This document shows positions 31,707-34,181 of a stretch of 34,181 nucleotides of DNA, piece after piece. A model generated the notes under the pieces. That model saw only the letters and a list, made by a program, of their open reading frames with translations, ran no database searches and was not told the origin of the DNA. The first letter of the stretch is position 1; the number at the start of each line of letters is the position of its first letter. The DNA is taken from positions 1 through 34,181 of IMG/VR virus record IMGVR_UViG_3300008264_000009. One strand, given 5' to 3'. The position numbers and the translations under genes were made by a program. This stretch comes from a virus. Its lineage: Duplodnaviria > Caudoviricetes.

Positions 31707-33787
31707 AAGATGGTTCTTTCTTAAAATCTATTATTGAATCTGAAATAGATAATGCTATTGGATTTTTGGAAACAGAAACGACTCAACAAAGAACTGATGC
31801 GCTTTCTTTTTATCTGCGTCAACCATTAGGTAACGAGATACAAGGTAAATCCTCAATCGTTACTGGCGAAGTGGCTGAAGCCGTAGATGGTGCGCTTCCC
31901 CCATTAGTCCGAATCTTCTCGTCAAGCGATGAGGTGGTTCGTTTCGACCCTCGTGGCCCACAAGATGAAGCTGGAGCCAAGCAAGCGACTGAATACTGTA
32001 ATTGGGTGTTCATGCGTGATAACGCTGGCCTCATCATCATGCACGATTGGTTTAAAGACGCTCTCTTACAAAAGGTTGGCGTGGTTAAAGCCTATTGGGA
32101 AGATAAAGAAGATGTGACCAAAGAGAAATATCGTGACTTGTCTGATGACGAGTTAGCGATGTTGCTTTCTGATGAGACTATGGAAGTGGTCGAAAAAGAA
32201 GTGGTAGAGAATCCAGTTCTTGACCCTGCTGGCAATCCTGTCCTTGACCCGATGGGTCAGCCTGTGATGTATTCATCAAACAGCGTCACAGTCCAGAAAA
32301 AGAAGAAATCAGGCCATGTGGTTGTTGAGAATGTGCCGCCTGAAGAATTCCTCATCTCCAAGAGAGCTAAGAAAAGCCCAAAGGATGCGCCTTTCGTTGC
32401 TCACCGCCGTTTGATTACTCGTAGCGACCTAATCGCAATGGGCTTTGATAAAGACATTGTGGATGGGTTACAGGCTTCTAGTGCGCTGACTTACTCACCT
32501 GAGTACTTAGCCCGTGTTGCGCCTGGCGAGAATCCTGACGATGGAATCTCTGTTGATGAGTCAATGGAGACAATCGAGGTTTTTGAGTGTTATGTCACAG
32601 CCGATATTGATGGTGATGGCATCGCTGAACTGCGTCAAGTTTTTTATGCTTCAAACGAGATTTTGAGCGATGAGGAAACTGACTACATTCCTTTCCACTC
32701 ACTCTGCCCGATTCCTACTCCACACAAGTTCTTTGGCGAATCTCTTGCTGACAGAACGATGGATTTGCAGTTAATCAAGACAACTATCACTCGACAGATT
32801 CTTGACAACCTGTATCTGACGAATAACGCCCGTGTGACCGCTGTTGACGGACAAGTTAACTTAGATGACCTGTTAACTGCCACCGCTGGCGGTGTGGTTC
32901 GGATTAAGTCTCAAGGCGCTGTTCAGCAATTAGCTGTTCAACCCGTGGCTGCTCAAGCCTTCCCGATGCTTCAATATTTGGATTCAATCCAACAGAAGCG
33001 CACAGGTGTTACAGAGGCTTCCCAAGGTCTTGACCCGTCTATTCTCCAGAATGTGACCGCCGCCGCTGTTGCGTCTATGCAACAGTCTGCCGCTGGCAAG
33101 ATTGAGATGATTGCACGAATCTTTGCTGAAACTGGCGTTAAGTCGCTGTTCCAAGGCATTCTCCATCTTCTCTGTAAGTACCAAGACAAACCTCGTATCG
33201 TTCGGATGCGTGGTCAATATGTCCAGTTTGACCCTCGTGAGTGGTCGAATCAGTACGATGTTGATATAAATGTCGGCCTCGGTGCTGGTAACCGCCAAGA
33301 ACAAATGGCTATGTTGAACATGGTTCTTGCCAAACAAGAACAAGTGCTTCAGACAATGGGGCCAGCTAATCCTCTGGTTTCGATGGGTCAGTACCGCAAT
33401 ACTCTTGGTCGTATGGTGGAAGCCGCAGGATTTAAGGATTCTGCTGAGTTCTATAAATCCATCACTCCAGAGCTTGACCAACAACTCTCTAACCCGCCGC
33501 CACAACAGCCACAAATGCCGCCAGAAGTTCAGGCATACATGGCTAAGACACAAGCTGACATTCAGGCTCAACAAGCCAAGGCTCAAGCTGACATTCAGTT
33601 GGCAAGAGAAAAAGCCGCTGCCGAGATTCAGTTAATGCGTGAGAAAGAAGCCGCCAAACTCCAGTTTGAGCGTGAGAAATCTGCCGCAGAACTCCAATTG
33701 AAACAAGAGGAATTCTTAGCCGAAGCCCAAATGAAAGCCATGAAGGTGGGTGCAGGAATTACTTCTAATGTAGAAATACCAGGGTGA
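31688..33787 (+). CDS. portal protein (P22-like, with C-terminal barrel coiled coil)
   Basis: 'EAGAKQATEYCNWVF', 'FKDALLQKVGVVK', 'VPPEEFL', 'D.Q...T...RQ.LDN.Y..N'; Gln/Ala-rich C-terminal coil. Confidence 0.93.
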   Translation: MATTPVKDGSFLKSIIESEIDNAIGFLETETTQQRTDALSFYLRQPLGNEIQGKSSIVTGEVAEAVDGALPPLVRIFSSSDEVVRFDPRGPQDEAGAKQATEYCNWVFMRDNAGLIIMHDWFKDALLQKVGVVKAYWEDKEDVTKEKYRDLSDDELAMLLSDETMEVVEKEVVENPVLDPAGNPVLDPMGQPVMYSSNSVTVQKKKKSGHVVVENVPPEEFLISKRAKKSPKDAPFVAHRRLITRSDLIAMGFDKDIVDGLQASSALTYSPEYLARVAPGENPDDGISVDESMETIEVFECYVTADIDGDGIAELRQVFYASNEILSDEETDYIPFHSLCPIPTPHKFFGESLADRTMDLQLIKTTITRQILDNLYLTNNARVTAVDGQVNLDDLLTATAGGVVRIKSQGAVQQLAVQPVAAQAFPMLQYLDSIQQKRTGVTEASQGLDPSILQNVTAAAVASMQQSAAGKIEMIARIFAETGVKSLFQGILHLLCKYQDKPRIVRMRGQYVQFDPREWSNQYDVDINVGLGAGNRQEQMAMLNMVLAKQEQVLQTMGPANPLVSMGQYRNTLGRMVEAAGFKDSAEFYKSITPELDQQLSNPPPQQPQMPPEVQAYMAKTQADIQAQQAKAQADIQLAREKAAAEIQLMREKEAAKLQFEREKSAAELQLKQEEFLAEAQMKAMKVGAGITSNVEIPG

Positions 33788-33791
33788 AAAT

Positions 33792-34181
33792 ATGGGACTA
33801 GGTAAATTAAATCCCTTTAGGGCATCAAGCCCACTAAACCCATCAAATCTGATTGAAGGCGCTGGAAATATTGGGCAGGATGTTATTGATACCGCCAAAG
33901 ATGTTGGTAAATCAATAGACCAAACAATCCGTGAGCAATTGCCTGGCGGATGGACTACCGCCGCTTTATTGGCTGCTGGTTATTACTATTCACCAGAAAT
34001 CAACGCTTATATCAGCGCTGACGGGGCGACAATGGCTGCTGGCGCTGATGTTGCTGTTGCAGATGCCGCCGCTGCCGCCGCCGCAGAACAAGCCGCCGCC
34101 ACATTAGCTGCTGAACAAGCCGCACAGATTGCTGCACAAAATGCCGCATGGGATGCCGCCGCTATTGATTTGGCGAGTTCA
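33792..34181 (+). CDS. N-terminal part of Ala-rich protein, runs off window end
   Basis: ATG 5 nt after the portal stop; 130 codons with no stop (MGLGKLNPFRASS...AAEQAAATLAAEQAAQIAAQNAAWDAAAIDLASS). Confidence 0.8.
   Translation, partial: MGLGKLNPFRASSPLNPSNLIEGAGNIGQDVIDTAKDVGKSIDQTIREQLPGGWTTAALLAAGYYYSPEINAYISADGATMAAGADVAVADAAAAAAAEQAAATLAAEQAAQIAAQNAAWDAAAIDLASS

Noticed and set aside
1-34181. Stop-codon reassignment
   Set aside because: Genes tile densely under the standard code with all three stops used; the only break is the terL frameshift.

Overview
Near-complete genome (34.2 kb, GC roughly 45% by eye) of a tailed dsDNA phage with short-tail (P22/podovirus-like) morphogenesis genes and lambdoid organisation. 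The Rz/Rz1 spanins imply a Gram-negative host; a freshwater Betaproteobacterium is my guess only. The contig opens and closes inside what looks like one Ala-rich gene lying between portal and scaffold. Gene order on the + strand is scaffold, major capsid, GT-A glycosyltransferase, adaptor/tail proteins, three ejection-type proteins, tail fibre with S74 chaperone, and an elaborate lysis cassette (1-16161). A leftward early operon (16106-19553) encodes ERF, an RNAP alpha-CTD-like protein, a YqaJ exonuclease and an SSB-like protein. A rightward early/middle operon (19688-25618) encodes a MazG-like protein, a DUF1376 initiator with internal iterons, VRR-NUC, NinB, a degenerate HNH, and a TGT/DpdA-fold protein paired with a YhhQ transporter. 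A highly structured 200-nt intergenic RNA with a terminator follows, then the late packaging operon (HiPIP-like protein, small basic proteins, GT32, FkbM methylase, ParB-MTase, TerS, frameshifted TerL, HNH, portal). I recognised no integrase, CI repressor, polymerase, helicase, tRNA, CRISPR array or reverse transcriptase. The most notable items are the biosynthesis-free transglycosylase + YhhQ pair, the alpha-CTD mimic, three candidate structured RNAs, near-total GATC avoidance, a 22/23-bp inverted gene-junction repeat, an HNH carrying a recoded portal 5' end, and an unannotated secreted Cys-rich peptide. All family calls come from motif recognition by eye; no searches were run.
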